Below are positions 38,634-48,982 of a DNA stretch of 64,000 nt, piece after piece. This DNA comes from Syntrophorhabdaceae bacterium (GTDB taxonomy: Bacteria > Desulfobacterota > Syntrophorhabdia > Syntrophorhabdales > Syntrophorhabdaceae), in NCBI GenBank assembly GCA_963665295.1, contig OY762209.1, forward strand, positions 4,896,001 through 4,960,000. Reading direction: 5' to 3'. Below the pieces are notes generated by a model. It was not told where the DNA came from. It worked only from the letters and a program-made list of their open reading frames with translations, and did no database searches. The stretch's first letter is position 1, and each line of letters starts with the position of its first letter. The translations under genes were made by a program, and so were the position numbers.

Positions 38634-40865
38634 ATGTCGAAGATAATAGCATCGGCTGCGATAAGAGGAGCGCACAAAATCTTCCGGAAAGCGGAAGAGA
38701 CATATAAGGAAGCGTTGGAGAAGTATGGACCGGAGCAGGAAGTAGGTTTTCCCAACACGGCATACTACCTCCCCATTATATACGCGATGACCGGGATAGG
38801 CGTTTCCAGGCTCGGCGACATGAAGAAGGTCCTCGATATCTGCGCAAAGCTCATACCGCCGCCTGTGCGTGAAAGAGTTGCCCTTCCGTACCTTGCCCCC
38901 GCCCTCGACGCGGGGATGGCCACGTTTTTCGCGGAAGAGATGATCGAGGCCGTGAGATACCTTGAGTCGCCCGGTTCCTATCTCGCGAACAGCGAGGATG
39001 TGAACCCCGCCGTATACTCCGGTCCGGTGAGCACAGGACTGTGGCTCGGGGCGGCAAACGACGTCATTTTCAGAAAACGGGGTGTGGAGTTCGTGGACGG
39101 TACGGCGCCCGGTTTTGCCGCCATAGTAGGGGCCGCACCCGATGCCGCCACGGCGGCGAGGATCGCCCTCGAACTGCAGGAGAAAAACCTTTACGTTTTC
39201 ATGTGCGGCGAAAACGGGGGGAAGAGGTTCGCGGAACAGCTTACCGAGGCGAAAGTCCAGGTCGGTTGGCCCACAAGGCTCGTCTCTTTCGGTCCCGACA
39301 TATATCAGGCCGTGTTTGCAATAGGTTTTGCGTGCCGCGTGGCCATGGCCTTCGGGGGCATAAAGCCCGGAGACTTCAGGCGAAACCTTATCTATAACAA
39401 GGACAGGACTTACGCATTCGTCCTTGCCCTCGGAGACGTTACGGACGAGTGGTACGCCAATGCGGCGGGTGCGATCAACTGGGGTTTCCCTACCATCGCG
39501 GACACCCCCATACCCGAGGTCCTCCCCACGGGCATATGCACCTACGAGCATGTAGTGTCGAACGTTCCCCATGACCAGATAGTCCAGCGGGCTGTTGAAG
39601 TGCGAGGCCTCAAGGTGCAGGTAGCCAGGGTGCCGATCCCCGTTTCCTACGGCCCTGCTTTCGAGGGAGAGCGGGTACGGGGCGAGGACATCTATCTTGA
39701 AATGGGCGGCGGCAGAACCATCGCCGTCGAATGGACCACGTCAAGAAGGATGGAAGAAATAGAGGACGGAAAAGTCGACGTGATAGGTCCGGACGTGTCG
39801 GATGTCGAGCCGGGAACCCGTCTCCATTTCGCCATGGTCGCCGAAGTTGCGGGCCGCAGTTTCCAGGAAGACTTCGAGCCCATACTGGAGAGGCAGAACC
39901 ATCACCTCATCAACCAGGCCCAGGGCATAATGCACATAGGGCAGAGGGATATCGCGTGGATACGGATATCGAAACAGGCCGTGGAAAAGGGCTTCACCCT
40001 GGAACACATAGGAAAGATCATCCACGCGAAGTACCACCAGGACTTCGGGGCCATATTCGATAAGGTGCAGATAAAGATATATACGGAAGAAGCCAGGGTA
40101 AGGGAGTTCCTCGACCTCGCCCGGGCGTCATACGAGCACAGAGACGCGAGGATCGAAGGGATGACCGACGAGGACGTGGATACCTTCTACTCCTGCATCC
40201 TGTGCCAGTCCTTCGCGCCTAACCACGTATGCATCGTGAGCCCCGAGCGAACGGGCCTCTGCGGCGCTTATAACTGGCTCGACTGTCGCGCGTCGAACGA
40301 AATAAACCCCGACGGGCCCAACCAACCCGTGCAGAAGGGTGATTGTCTTGATGAACGCTACGGGCAGTTTAAGGGATGCAACGATTATATACAGAAGGCC
40401 TCACGGCAGAATGTGACCAGCGTGAGCCTTTACAGTCTTATGGTGGACCCCATGACCACGTGCGGGTGTTGCGAATGTATCGCCGCTGTCCTGCCCATGT
40501 GCAACGCGATCATGACCGTTGACAGGGACTATCCCGATATGACACCGTGCGGCATGAAATTTACGAGCCTCGCCGGTTCCGTGGGCGGAGGCGCCCAGAC
40601 CCCGGGCTTCCTCGGGCACAGCAAGTATAACATCACCCAGCGGAAGTTCCTGAAGGGCGACGGGGGCCTGCTCAGGATCGCATGGATGCCGAAGAGGCTC
40701 AAAAACGAGATTTACGACAGATTGAAGGAAAGAGGGAAAGAGCTTGGGTATCCCGACCTCCCCGATATGATAGCGGACGAGACGGTTGCCGCCACCGAGG
40801 AACAGGTGCTGGAATATATCACCCAAAAAGGACACCCCTGTCTGGCTATGGAAGACCTTTTTTGA
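38634..40865 (+). CDS. acsB: Acetyl-CoA synthase
   Basis: FPNTAYYLP, HIGQRD, CILCQSFAPNHVC..SPER.GLCG, MTTCGCCEC. Confidence 0.97.
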   Translation: MSKIIASAAIRGAHKIFRKAEETYKEALEKYGPEQEVGFPNTAYYLPIIYAMTGIGVSRLGDMKKVLDICAKLIPPPVRERVALPYLAPALDAGMATFFAEEMIEAVRYLESPGSYLANSEDVNPAVYSGPVSTGLWLGAANDVIFRKRGVEFVDGTAPGFAAIVGAAPDAATAARIALELQEKNLYVFMCGENGGKRFAEQLTEAKVQVGWPTRLVSFGPDIYQAVFAIGFACRVAMAFGGIKPGDFRRNLIYNKDRTYAFVLALGDVTDEWYANAAGAINWGFPTIADTPIPEVLPTGICTYEHVVSNVPHDQIVQRAVEVRGLKVQVARVPIPVSYGPAFEGERVRGEDIYLEMGGGRTIAVEWTTSRRMEEIEDGKVDVIGPDVSDVEPGTRLHFAMVAEVAGRSFQEDFEPILERQNHHLINQAQGIMHIGQRDIAWIRISKQAVEKGFTLEHIGKIIHAKYHQDFGAIFDKVQIKIYTEEARVREFLDLARASYEHRDARIEGMTDEDVDTFYSCILCQSFAPNHVCIVSPERTGLCGAYNWLDCRASNEINPDGPNQPVQKGDCLDERYGQFKGCNDYIQKASRQNVTSVSLYSLMVDPMTTCGCCECIAAVLPMCNAIMTVDRDYPDMTPCGMKFTSLAGSVGGGAQTPGFLGHSKYNITQRKFLKGDGGLLRIAWMPKRLKNEIYDRLKERGKELGYPDLPDMIADETVAATEEQVLEYITQKGHPCLAMEDLF

Positions 40866-40965
40866 GATAGCCAAAAGGCAGTGTGAGGGAATATGGGTGT
40901 CCCTTTCGAGACAGTGACGGGGGCTTGACACAGGTTGTTTTAATATTTCCGCGAGGTTTCGGCTA

Positions 40966-41166
40966 TTGGAAAGGATTCGGAATTTTAGGGATCTGCAAAT
41001 CGGCAGAGGGAGTTGGAACCGACAAAGGCTATACAATGTTGCCCGGTCTTTTCCTTCGGAGGAGGAGTTTGGCGCGGTCTCGCACACGAGACGATCCGCC
41101 GTTTCCGGCGCCGCCCGACATTGTTGCCTCCGGACTGCCGTCAGGCTGCCCCTGGGCGGCTTTTGA
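40966..41166 (+). pseudogene. Degenerate four-helix-bundle (23S rRNA IVS-protein family) gene
   Basis: RNFRDLQI...LY.VARSFP.EEEFG.VS..RRSAVS resembles the family N-half; about half the normal length with conserved residues lost. Confidence 0.7.
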
Positions 41167-41203
41167 ACTGCCTTTAAACTGCTTTTAGAAAAAGGAGAGA
41201 GAT

Positions 41204-42547
41204 ATGGCACTGACTGGAATACAGATTTTCAAACTTCTGCCTAAGACAAATTGTGGGGAGTGTAAATTCCCGACCTGCCTGGCCTTTGCCATGGCCCTTG
41301 CGGCAGGCAAGAGCGAACTGAGCTTGTGTCCCTCCGTGAGCGCCGAAGCCCAGGAACAGCTCTCCGAGGCGAGCGCACCGCCGATACGCCCCGTGATCAT
41401 AGGGGTCGGGGACTATCAGTTGAAGACGGGCGGTGAAACCGTGCTTTTCAGACATGAAAAGACGTTTTTCAACAAGCCGGGGATTGCCATCCTTATTACG
41501 GACGACATGGATGACACCGAGGTGGAAAGACGTTTTTCAGCCCTCGGCGCCCTTCAATACGAGCGTGTCGGGCTCACCATGAATGCGGAGCTTGTGGCGC
41601 TGAAAGAGACGGGAAACAGGGAAAGATTTCTTGACCTCGTGAAAAAGGCATGCGCCCGGCCTTATAGTATGATTATCATGTGCGCCGACCCTTCGACAAT
41701 GAGCGAAGCCCTCAAAACCGCGAAAGAAAAGAAGCCCCTCATATACGCGGCAACGAAGGATAACTACGAAGCCTTCGCCTCCCTCGCGAAAGATTCAGGC
41801 TGTCCTTTGGCAGTGAAAGGGGCGGGCATCGAAGAGGTGGCTTTTCTTACCGAAAAATTGACCGCCATGGGCCTCAAAGACCTTGTGATCGACACATCGA
41901 CCCGCACGGCAAAGGAGGCGTTCGAGGAGCAGATCATGATAAGGCGGGCCGCCCTCATGTCCAAGTACCGGCCCCTCGGTTTCCCCACCATTACCTTCCC
42001 CTCGGAGATGGCGGACAACCTGATGAAGGAGACCCTCATCGCATCCTGCTTTGTCGCAAAGTATGCAGGACTTATAGTCATGAGCGATTTCCAGGGAGAA
42101 TCGCTTTTCCCTCTCCTTCTCCAGAGACTGAATATCTACACCGACCCCCAGAGGCCGATGACTACCCAGGAAGGGATTTACCCTGTCAATAACCCGGACG
42201 AGAATTCTCCCGTCCTCATTACGTGCAATTTCTCCCTCACCTACTTCATAGTGAGCGGCGAGATAGAAAACTCGCGGGTCCCCGCGTGGCTCGCGGTGAT
42301 GGACACGGAAGGGTTGTCCGTAATGACTGCCTGGGCAGCGGGAAAATTCGTGGGAGACCTGGTGGGAACTTTTATAAAGAAGAGCGGCATCGCCGACAAG
42401 GTGAAGCACAGGAAACTGATCATCCCGGGCTATGCCGCAGTCATATTGGGAGACCTGGAAGAGGAGCTTCCCGGCTGGGAGATCCTTGTGGGACCTCGGG
42501 AAGCGGCCCATCTGCCCGCGTTCCTCAAGATGTGGAAGGCGGAGTAA
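41204..42547 (+). CDS. acsC: Corrinoid Fe-S protein large subunit
   Basis: LPKTNCGECKFPTCLAFA...CP, GGETVLFRHEK, NIYTDPQRP, AWAAGKF. Confidence 0.97.
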   Translation: MALTGIQIFKLLPKTNCGECKFPTCLAFAMALAAGKSELSLCPSVSAEAQEQLSEASAPPIRPVIIGVGDYQLKTGGETVLFRHEKTFFNKPGIAILITDDMDDTEVERRFSALGALQYERVGLTMNAELVALKETGNRERFLDLVKKACARPYSMIIMCADPSTMSEALKTAKEKKPLIYAATKDNYEAFASLAKDSGCPLAVKGAGIEEVAFLTEKLTAMGLKDLVIDTSTRTAKEAFEEQIMIRRAALMSKYRPLGFPTITFPSEMADNLMKETLIASCFVAKYAGLIVMSDFQGESLFPLLLQRLNIYTDPQRPMTTQEGIYPVNNPDENSPVLITCNFSLTYFIVSGEIENSRVPAWLAVMDTEGLSVMTAWAAGKFVGDLVGTFIKKSGIADKVKHRKLIIPGYAAVILGDLEEELPGWEILVGPREAAHLPAFLKMWKAE

Positions 42548-42587
42548 GACGGATCATGAAATTAAGGCAGAATGGAGCTGTGTGACA

Positions 42588-43466
42588 ATGATATTGATCG
42601 GAGAGAATATTAACATCATGTCCACGAGGATCGGCAAGGCCGTGAAGGAATTCGATCCTCTCCCCATAAGGGAGAGGGCGATTGCTGAGGCCGAGGCCGG
42701 CGTTGACATGCTCGATATAAACCTGGGACCCCTGAGGAAAGAAGGGGCCGCAGTGATGGAGTGGGTGGTCAAGACTGTTCAGGAGGTGGTCGATCTGCCT
42801 CTGGCCCTTGACACCACGAACGTGGAAGCCATCGAAGCGGGCCTCAAGGCCTGCAGGACCAAGGCCCTCATCAACTCCATATCAGCCCGTCCGGAGAGAA
42901 TGGCGGCTTTGATGCCCCTTGCGAAGAAGTACAATGCAGCCTTCATAGGAATGACCATCGGCCTCGAAGGTCTCCCGAGGGATGGGAATGAACGGGGACT
43001 CCTTGCGGCCATGATCGTGGCCGAAGCAGCGGGATACGGCATACCGGAAGAAGATATCTGGCTCGACCCCCTCGTGCTCCCCGTGAATACCCAGCAGATG
43101 CGCCTCCAGGGATGCACCGATTTCATAATGATGGTGCCGGAGCTTTTTTCGGGCTGTAAATCGACGTCGGGGCTTTCAAACGTGTCGGACAACACTCCCG
43201 GACCCTTACGGAGCATCCTGAACCGTACCTACCTCGTCATGCTCCGGAGATACGGGCTCTATTCGGCTATTGTAAACGCCTTTGATCCTGAACTGAGGGC
43301 GGTTGCCCAGGGTGAAAGGCCGGAAATCGAGAGGCTCGTGTACCGGGTTATGGATGGCGAGATGATCGACCCGTCGTCTCTTTCCGAAGAGGAGACGGCC
43401 TATGCAAAGACGACCAAGGTGCTTCTCGGCCAGACGGTCTATTCCGATTCGTGGCTGCAGTATTGA
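42588..43466 (+). CDS. acsE: Methyltetrahydrofolate:corrinoid methyltransferase
   Basis: MILIGENIN, DINLGP, LDTTN, INS, GLSNVS pterin-binding barrel. Confidence 0.93.
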   Translation: MILIGENINIMSTRIGKAVKEFDPLPIRERAIAEAEAGVDMLDINLGPLRKEGAAVMEWVVKTVQEVVDLPLALDTTNVEAIEAGLKACRTKALINSISARPERMAALMPLAKKYNAAFIGMTIGLEGLPRDGNERGLLAAMIVAEAAGYGIPEEDIWLDPLVLPVNTQQMRLQGCTDFIMMVPELFSGCKSTSGLSNVSDNTPGPLRSILNRTYLVMLRRYGLYSAIVNAFDPELRAVAQGERPEIERLVYRVMDGEMIDPSSLSEEETAYAKTTKVLLGQTVYSDSWLQY

Positions 43467-43504
43467 AAGCACCGGAGGCGGGTTGACCGACACGGAGTAA
43501 GGCT

Positions 43505-44407
43505 ATGAGAGGAAGTCAGGAAAAACGGCTGGTCTTGAGCATATGCGTTACTCTCATCGTATTCGGGGGGGAGGTCGTGGGCGGTTTCCTGAGCAACAGC
43601 CTCGCCCTTCTCAGTGATGCGGGCCATGTCTTTACCGACGTCTTTGCCCTTGCCCTGAGCCTTATTGCCGCCCTTGTCATGAAGAGGCCCTCCGATTTCA
43701 GGGCCACTTACGGGTACCAGCGGATAGGGCTCCTCGCCGCCTTCATAAACGGCGCGAGTCTTATCGTCATATCGATCTTCATCTTTGTCGAGACCTACAA
43801 ACGCCTTTTCGCTCCGCCGGAGATCAACTCGGGGCTCATGTTCGTTGTCGCGGTGGCCGGCCTCCTGGGCAACCTGGTCATGGCCTGGATACTGGGCAGG
43901 GAGCACACGGACCTCAATCTGAAAACCGCGTGGCTCCATGTGCTCGGCGATACCCTTTCGTCCGGGGGTGTTATCCTCGCGGCAATCGTCATACGCTTCA
44001 CGGGCTGGTGGCTTGCCGACCCCATAGTGAGCGGGATCGTGGGCGTCATCATCATCGTCGGCGGCCTTCGAGTCGTAAAGGAAACCCTGTGGGTCTTTCT
44101 CGAACTTGCCCCCGTCGGTTTTCACCCTGAAGATATTTCAAAGATGATCTGCACAATGGAACATATCATGGGCGTTCACGACGTCCATATCTGGTCCATA
44201 GGTCACGGCGTACCCGCCTTCTCCGCTCATGTTCTCATCAGTGACCGCAAGGTCAGCGAAACGGACAGGATAAGGAAGGAAGTGGAGTCGCGGCTTAACG
44301 AGATCGGGATCAAACACACCGTGCTACAGATGGAATGCGCCGAATGCGACGCCAACGGGCTTTATTGTCAGATACCGGGCGTCGAGGAGGAGCACCACCA
44401 CCATTGA
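43505..44407 (+). CDS. Cation diffusion facilitator (CzcD-like)
   Basis: SLALLSDAGH..TD, LHVLGD, VHDVHIW, C-terminal CAEC..C and HHHH. Confidence 0.93.
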   Translation: MRGSQEKRLVLSICVTLIVFGGEVVGGFLSNSLALLSDAGHVFTDVFALALSLIAALVMKRPSDFRATYGYQRIGLLAAFINGASLIVISIFIFVETYKRLFAPPEINSGLMFVVAVAGLLGNLVMAWILGREHTDLNLKTAWLHVLGDTLSSGGVILAAIVIRFTGWWLADPIVSGIVGVIIIVGGLRVVKETLWVFLELAPVGFHPEDISKMICTMEHIMGVHDVHIWSIGHGVPAFSAHVLISDRKVSETDRIRKEVESRLNEIGIKHTVLQMECAECDANGLYCQIPGVEEEHHHH

Positions 44408-44547
44408 TCCGTCGGCATCGCCCTGAAGTGTGATTCTCGTCATTTACCTCAGTACATAGATCAACTATAAATCAGGATACAATGGGGGATGCACAGCCGT
44501 CGGGTGAGGGCGGGCATGACTATCAAACGCAACAGGAGGTGACAGCC

Positions 44548-44739
44548 ATGATTAAAGAGATACGGTTCCTGCCCACCGGGGAGATTCGACAGCCCAAGAC
44601 CGGTGACTGGTTCCTCGGCGCCCAGGACAGGCCAATTCTTGCGGCCCAGGATTTCATCACCACCAAATTCCGCATACTCCGGATGGTGGTGATAGAAGAC
44701 GACGACCCGGTCCGCAAGAATCCCTTCGATTTCCGTTAA
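44548..44739 (+). CDS. Small hypothetical protein (63 aa)
   Basis: AGGAGGT RBS before MIKEIRF. Confidence 0.6.
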   Translation: MIKEIRFLPTGEIRQPKTGDWFLGAQDRPILAAQDFITTKFRILRMVVIEDDDPVRKNPFDFR

Positions 44740-44833
44740 GACGTTGCCTCGGGCGGTCTATAATCTGTCAGGGTTATCCGCACGAGGCAACGCAAAAACC
44801 CTTCTTCACGAAGGGGCGCGTCATGTCCGTGGT

Positions 44834-45265
44834 TCAGCCCGGGGGCATCCTTTTCCCCTTGTCCCGATCCATGTGCGCTTCAAGCACACGGGCAAGCTTC
44901 TCTCTGTCCCATCCCGCAACCACGTCCTCCTTATCGACAATGAATGCCGGATAGGAACGGAAGCGGTATCTCAGCGACTTATAGATGCCCCGTATCGATT
45001 TCGCGTCCACTACCCTGATCCTGATCCGGTGCCGGTAGAGACGGCCAAGTTCGGCCATCCATTCCGAAAGTCTCAGAAACTCCTCCTTCAGTTCCTCCGG
45101 GTATTCCTCGAGGGCATCCCTCAACAATTCGTCGTGGACTCCCCCTTCATTAAAGACGAGCCGGCAGCTGCTACAGGCGTTGAGCACGGCAAGAACGTTC
45201 GTGACGACCTCGACGCTGATGGGTTTCATGTACATATCGTAACACTTGCACAGGTCCATTTCCAT
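44834..45265 (-). CDS. Hypothetical thioredoxin-like protein with CxxC
   Basis: ACSSC, IRVVD, YPAFIVD pattern; start uncertain. Confidence 0.7.
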   Translation of the reverse strand: MEMDLCKCYDMYMKPISVEVVTNVLAVLNACSSCRLVFNEGGVHDELLRDALEEYPEELKEEFLRLSEWMAELGRLYRHRIRIRVVDAKSIRGIYKSLRYRFRSYPAFIVDKEDVVAGWDREKLARVLEAHMDRDKGKRMPPG

Positions 45266-45335
45266 GGAGGGGTCCCATGTGCCCGATGACGGGGCAAACC
45301 TTCACACTTACGAGCTTTTCCGCAGCAGGGAGATG

Positions 45336-46355
45336 TCAGGAAGAAAACGTGAGGCCCTCAAACAGACCGGCCACAGTACCGGCATCGAGGGATACCTCGG
45401 AGAATATGGCCTCCACAAGGGATGCGTCGAGCCGGTCGAAATCCCGGCCCACAGGAGTGACGATTACGCCGCCCATCTCGATAACCGCCGGGCTCACCAC
45501 GATACGGTCGTCTCCTTCCCTGAAGAAGGCGGCGGGCCGGTGCCTTGCCCTGGGAAATATGAGAAGGCGCAAGGTTCCTTCGTCGTAAAGTCCCGCAACG
45601 CTCATCATGGGCTCATCCTCTGTCACAACCGCCTTTTTCAACGCCCTGAGAAGGTCTCGAAAGGCGCGGGCCATGCTCTCATGGTCATCCCCTTCCAGGA
45701 TCAAAACCTCGCGCCCCAGGTCCACCCCCCGATAGACGCGGACGCTCCCGTCCCCGGTCACGGGCATGGGCCTTCTCCTCTCTTTTGTCTCCCTTTCAGC
45801 GGGCATCCGTCCCGACGGGATTGCCTGGAAATGAAGGTGGTCCGGGGCGGACGCGCCGCATCCGGGCCCATTGTAGAGGACCGTCCAGCCGCTGCCGAGG
45901 TCACTCATAAGGAAAAGAAGTGTGGAGATATGGTCGTTCACGGCCTGGGCGCGGTGGTTGAGGTTACAGATCGTGAGATGAGAGGGAAAAACCGGCGCGG
46001 GATTGCAGAGGATGAGGTAATCCCTCCGGTAAAGGATGCCTTTTTGATCTTCGGGCAGATTGGGGAGGCACAAAAAACAGGGCCGCTCCTCCACTTCCCG
46101 GGCCGTCACTCCCGCCATGGTACTCCTGATCCGGCCGGGATTATGCTGGACCTTCACGGAAAAACCCCCGCATGGAATGTCTTTCACCCTCACGTGGCTG
46201 AGAGACGCGTAACCCTGTCTGCAGTCCGGCCATGTTTCCAGCTGCTCCGAAAGAAGCCCGAGACTGAGTCGAGACAGGCCTCCGTGTTCGGATGTCCCGT
46301 CAAAGACGGCGTATATTCTGGGGACAAGTTGCGGGGAGTGTCCACGGGCGTCCAC
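45336..46355 (-). CDS. DUF4922-like / nucleotide-sugar phosphorylase-like (HxHxQ) protein
   Basis: QHNPGRIRS, RPCFLC, NP.P.F..HLTI, YNGP.CGASAPDHLHFQ. Confidence 0.85.
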   Translation of the reverse strand: MDARGHSPQLVPRIYAVFDGTSEHGGLSRLSLGLLSEQLETWPDCRQGYASLSHVRVKDIPCGGFSVKVQHNPGRIRSTMAGVTAREVEERPCFLCLPNLPEDQKGILYRRDYLILCNPAPVFPSHLTICNLNHRAQAVNDHISTLLFLMSDLGSGWTVLYNGPGCGASAPDHLHFQAIPSGRMPAERETKERRRPMPVTGDGSVRVYRGVDLGREVLILEGDDHESMARAFRDLLRALKKAVVTEDEPMMSVAGLYDEGTLRLLIFPRARHRPAAFFREGDDRIVVSPAVIEMGGVIVTPVGRDFDRLDASLVEAIFSEVSLDAGTVAGLFEGLTFSS

Positions 46356-46360
46356 AGGTA

Positions 46361-47845
46361 TCAGCGTCGCCCCCGGTTGAGGTCCTGCCGGGCGATGATC
46401 TCCTTTGTCCGGACCGCATCCTTGAAAGCGTCATTCCTGTTCGCATGTTCCACGCTGAGGGCCGCGTCCGTGTTCCCTGCCCAGCGCCTGCAAAGATAGA
46501 GGCTTTCGTAAATCCTTCCGATCCGGTATTCCCGGCAGATTCTCAAGGCCGCGGCATAGTCCTCTCCGTAGCTCACGTTAAGGAATCCCATGGTGCGCAT
46601 GAGACCCGTATCGAAGGCCCTCGGCGCGCCGAGGCCGTTTACGCGGAGAGCGTTATTGTGACCGTTCTCGTCGCTCCATTCACGGTGGTCGATGATCCCG
46701 GGCGGAACCTTTTCAAGATTGAAATCCACAATCGTATAAGAACCGACCACCATGGCGTACCTCTCCCTGCGGAGCATATCGACGATCTTCCGGAGGGCGA
46801 GAGGGGTCGCGTAGAGGTCATCGGAATCGAGCTGCACTGCATAGCGCCCGCACGCGAGGTCATTGAGCGCTTCGTTCCAGCACCCGCCGATGCCGAGGTC
46901 GTTCCTCTCCGGCACGATATGGCGCAAACGGGGATATTCGGCGGAAAGTCGCGTAAGAAGGGCCGTGGTGCCGTCCGTCGAATGGTTGTCCACCACGATC
47001 ACGTTGAAAGGAAAATCCGTTTCCTGGAGAAATGCACTTTTCACCGCCTCGGCGATTGTCCCCATCCGGTCCTTGACCGGGATGACCACAGTGGCCTCTA
47101 CAGGAAAGGTTCCCGTTCCGGTTAACCCGTCCGCCCTTGCCAGGCGTTCATAGGGCAGGTAGGCGCCGATACGCCTCAGGTGGGCGGTGAATACCGCCTC
47201 CATCTCTTCCTGCGACGCCTTATTCCTGGGATCGACGTAGGCGAACATCGCCTCCCCATCCGACGACCCGCCGGTACGGGCCATGGAATATAAGGGCTCT
47301 TCTACGTGGTGCAGGGTGTGGTTGATGGACACCTTAAGGCGAAGGTCATAGAGACCGGCAAATTTCACCGGCGGAATGGGGCCGTAACGCGCCAGCGCCT
47401 CTTTCACCCGCGACATGGAGAAAAGCATCATACCGCCGAATGCAAAATCGTCTCGCGCGCTCCCCGGCTGGTAGTCGTTCAGGCCATGAAGAATCTTTCC
47501 TTTCCCCGTCTCTTCGTAAAAATCTGAATAGACCATAGCCGCATCGCTCCGGCCTGCTGCGTTGAGGAGCCTTTCCAATGCCTGCGAGCCGGCTGAGACC
47601 TGCCTCCTTTGAGGAAAAAGAAGAAGGTATTCCGTTTTCACCAGATCGAGTATTCTGTTCAGGGTGTCCCCTGACAGAAGAGATCCGGGAACACAGGTAA
47701 CCGGTTCCCCTGTCCGGATATCCGCCGAATCCTCCCCGACGGTTATTGTCTGTTCGGCACACCCTGATCCTGTAAGAGACCGGAGGGTCTCCTCAAGAAG
47801 GGGGCTATAACCGTGAGGGGTGACTATGGTAAAGGTCGGCATCAA
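46361..47845 (-). CDS. Two-domain glycosyltransferase family 2
   Basis: VVIPVKDR, VDNHSTDGT, IGGCWN, QLDSDD, SYGEDY. Confidence 0.9.
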   Translation of the reverse strand: MMPTFTIVTPHGYSPLLEETLRSLTGSGCAEQTITVGEDSADIRTGEPVTCVPGSLLSGDTLNRILDLVKTEYLLLFPQRRQVSAGSQALERLLNAAGRSDAAMVYSDFYEETGKGKILHGLNDYQPGSARDDFAFGGMMLFSMSRVKEALARYGPIPPVKFAGLYDLRLKVSINHTLHHVEEPLYSMARTGGSSDGEAMFAYVDPRNKASQEEMEAVFTAHLRRIGAYLPYERLARADGLTGTGTFPVEATVVIPVKDRMGTIAEAVKSAFLQETDFPFNVIVVDNHSTDGTTALLTRLSAEYPRLRHIVPERNDLGIGGCWNEALNDLACGRYAVQLDSDDLYATPLALRKIVDMLRRERYAMVVGSYTIVDFNLEKVPPGIIDHREWSDENGHNNALRVNGLGAPRAFDTGLMRTMGFLNVSYGEDYAAALRICREYRIGRIYESLYLCRRWAGNTDAALSVEHANRNDAFKDAVRTKEIIARQDLNRGRR

Positions 47846-47953
47846 CGATCTTCATAATATCACAACCCGGACTCTTATTCCACGGGCAATCCGGTGCTTC
47901 ATGGACCGCACCCGGAACCGCGCGGCAGGTCCGGGCGGACAGCGTCAAAGGTT

Positions 47954-48148
47954 TCAGGGGAGGATCCGCTTTACCCGCCCCACTACCCCGCCTTCCAGGC
48001 GTACTTTTATGCCGTGAGGATGATCGGGTGATTTGGTGAGTATATCCTTTACAATACCTTCGGTCAGAACTCCTGTACGCTGGTCCTTTTTCATGACCAC
48101 CGAGACTTTCATCCCTGCCCTTATATCGGACCGCTTCGTGTTATCCAT
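47954..48148 (-). CDS. YwbE (DUF2196) family protein
   Basis: KKDQRTGVLTEG.VKDILT.S..HPHGIKVRL..G.VGRV. Confidence 0.9.
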   Translation of the reverse strand: MDNTKRSDIRAGMKVSVVMKKDQRTGVLTEGIVKDILTKSPDHPHGIKVRLEGGVVGRVKRILP

Positions 48149-48432
48149 CCTTCTTCCTCCTCCCGGCTCGCAAAACTCCATCCCCGTGGTCGCCACGTCT
48201 CGATATGTATGCCGTATATGCCTGCGGGATGTCAAGGACTAACAAGGGCCGGATTTCACGTTCCCGGCGCCCGGGAGACGTGAGAACCCGGCGTCGCGGA
48301 AGAAGGAACCCGCCCCTATCCGCATCTCCCTTACCTTGACAATGGTCACGTGGCTGCTATATTTGTAGTATAGGGGTTTGGATGATCTTATTGGATCTCA
48401 AAACATGACTCTTAACGAGAAAGGAGCCCCAC

Positions 48433-48885
48433 ATGAATAACAACACGATAAAGATCAGGCTTATGACGATGGATGATTTTGACGCGGTGGTCCGTATCGA
48501 CGAGAAAGTACTCAAGGCTTCCAGGTCGGATTACTATAAAACAAAATTTGAAAGGGCTGTCCAGTCACCCGATTATCTGCCCACTTCCCTGGTGGCGGAG
48601 GAAGGGGATGGAACGGTGGTGGGCTTCATAATGGGGGAACTCTATATAGGTGAATACGGCATTTCCCAGGAGAAGGCGACCCTAGACACCATCGGCGTTG
48701 ATCCCGATTATCAGAAGAGGGGAGTCGGTGAACTGCTGATCAATGAATTTATCGAACATTTGAAGACACTGGGCGTTCAGAAGATAAACACCCTGGTGGA
48801 CGAGAGTGATACCGGGCTGACGCATTTCTTCAACGCGAACCGGTTCAGCCCCTCCAGGACCATCAACCTGGAGCGGGCGCTATAA
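48433..48885 (+). CDS. GNAT-family acetyltransferase
   Basis: IGVDPDYQKRGVG acetyl-CoA motif; AAAGGAG RBS. Confidence 0.9.
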   Translation: MNNNTIKIRLMTMDDFDAVVRIDEKVLKASRSDYYKTKFERAVQSPDYLPTSLVAEEGDGTVVGFIMGELYIGEYGISQEKATLDTIGVDPDYQKRGVGELLINEFIEHLKTLGVQKINTLVDESDTGLTHFFNANRFSPSRTINLERAL

Positions 48886-48902
48886 CGACCGCAGGGAATA
48901 GC

Positions 48903-48967
48903 GTTGCGGCCAAGCGAGGGTTGGTGGGTGTAACCTGAACCCCACCTGACGAGTCCTTAGCCGCAAC
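48903..48967. repeat. REP-like hairpin between convergent genes
   Basis: gttgcggc/gccgcaac outer stem and ggtggg/cccacc inner stem. Confidence 0.5.
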
Positions 48968-48982
48968 CGACCCCCGAACCAT

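Noticed and set aside
48909..48960. TGTAACC as a fourth ECF promoter
   Set aside because: No CGAC at 16 nt, and it lies within a hairpin between convergent gene ends.
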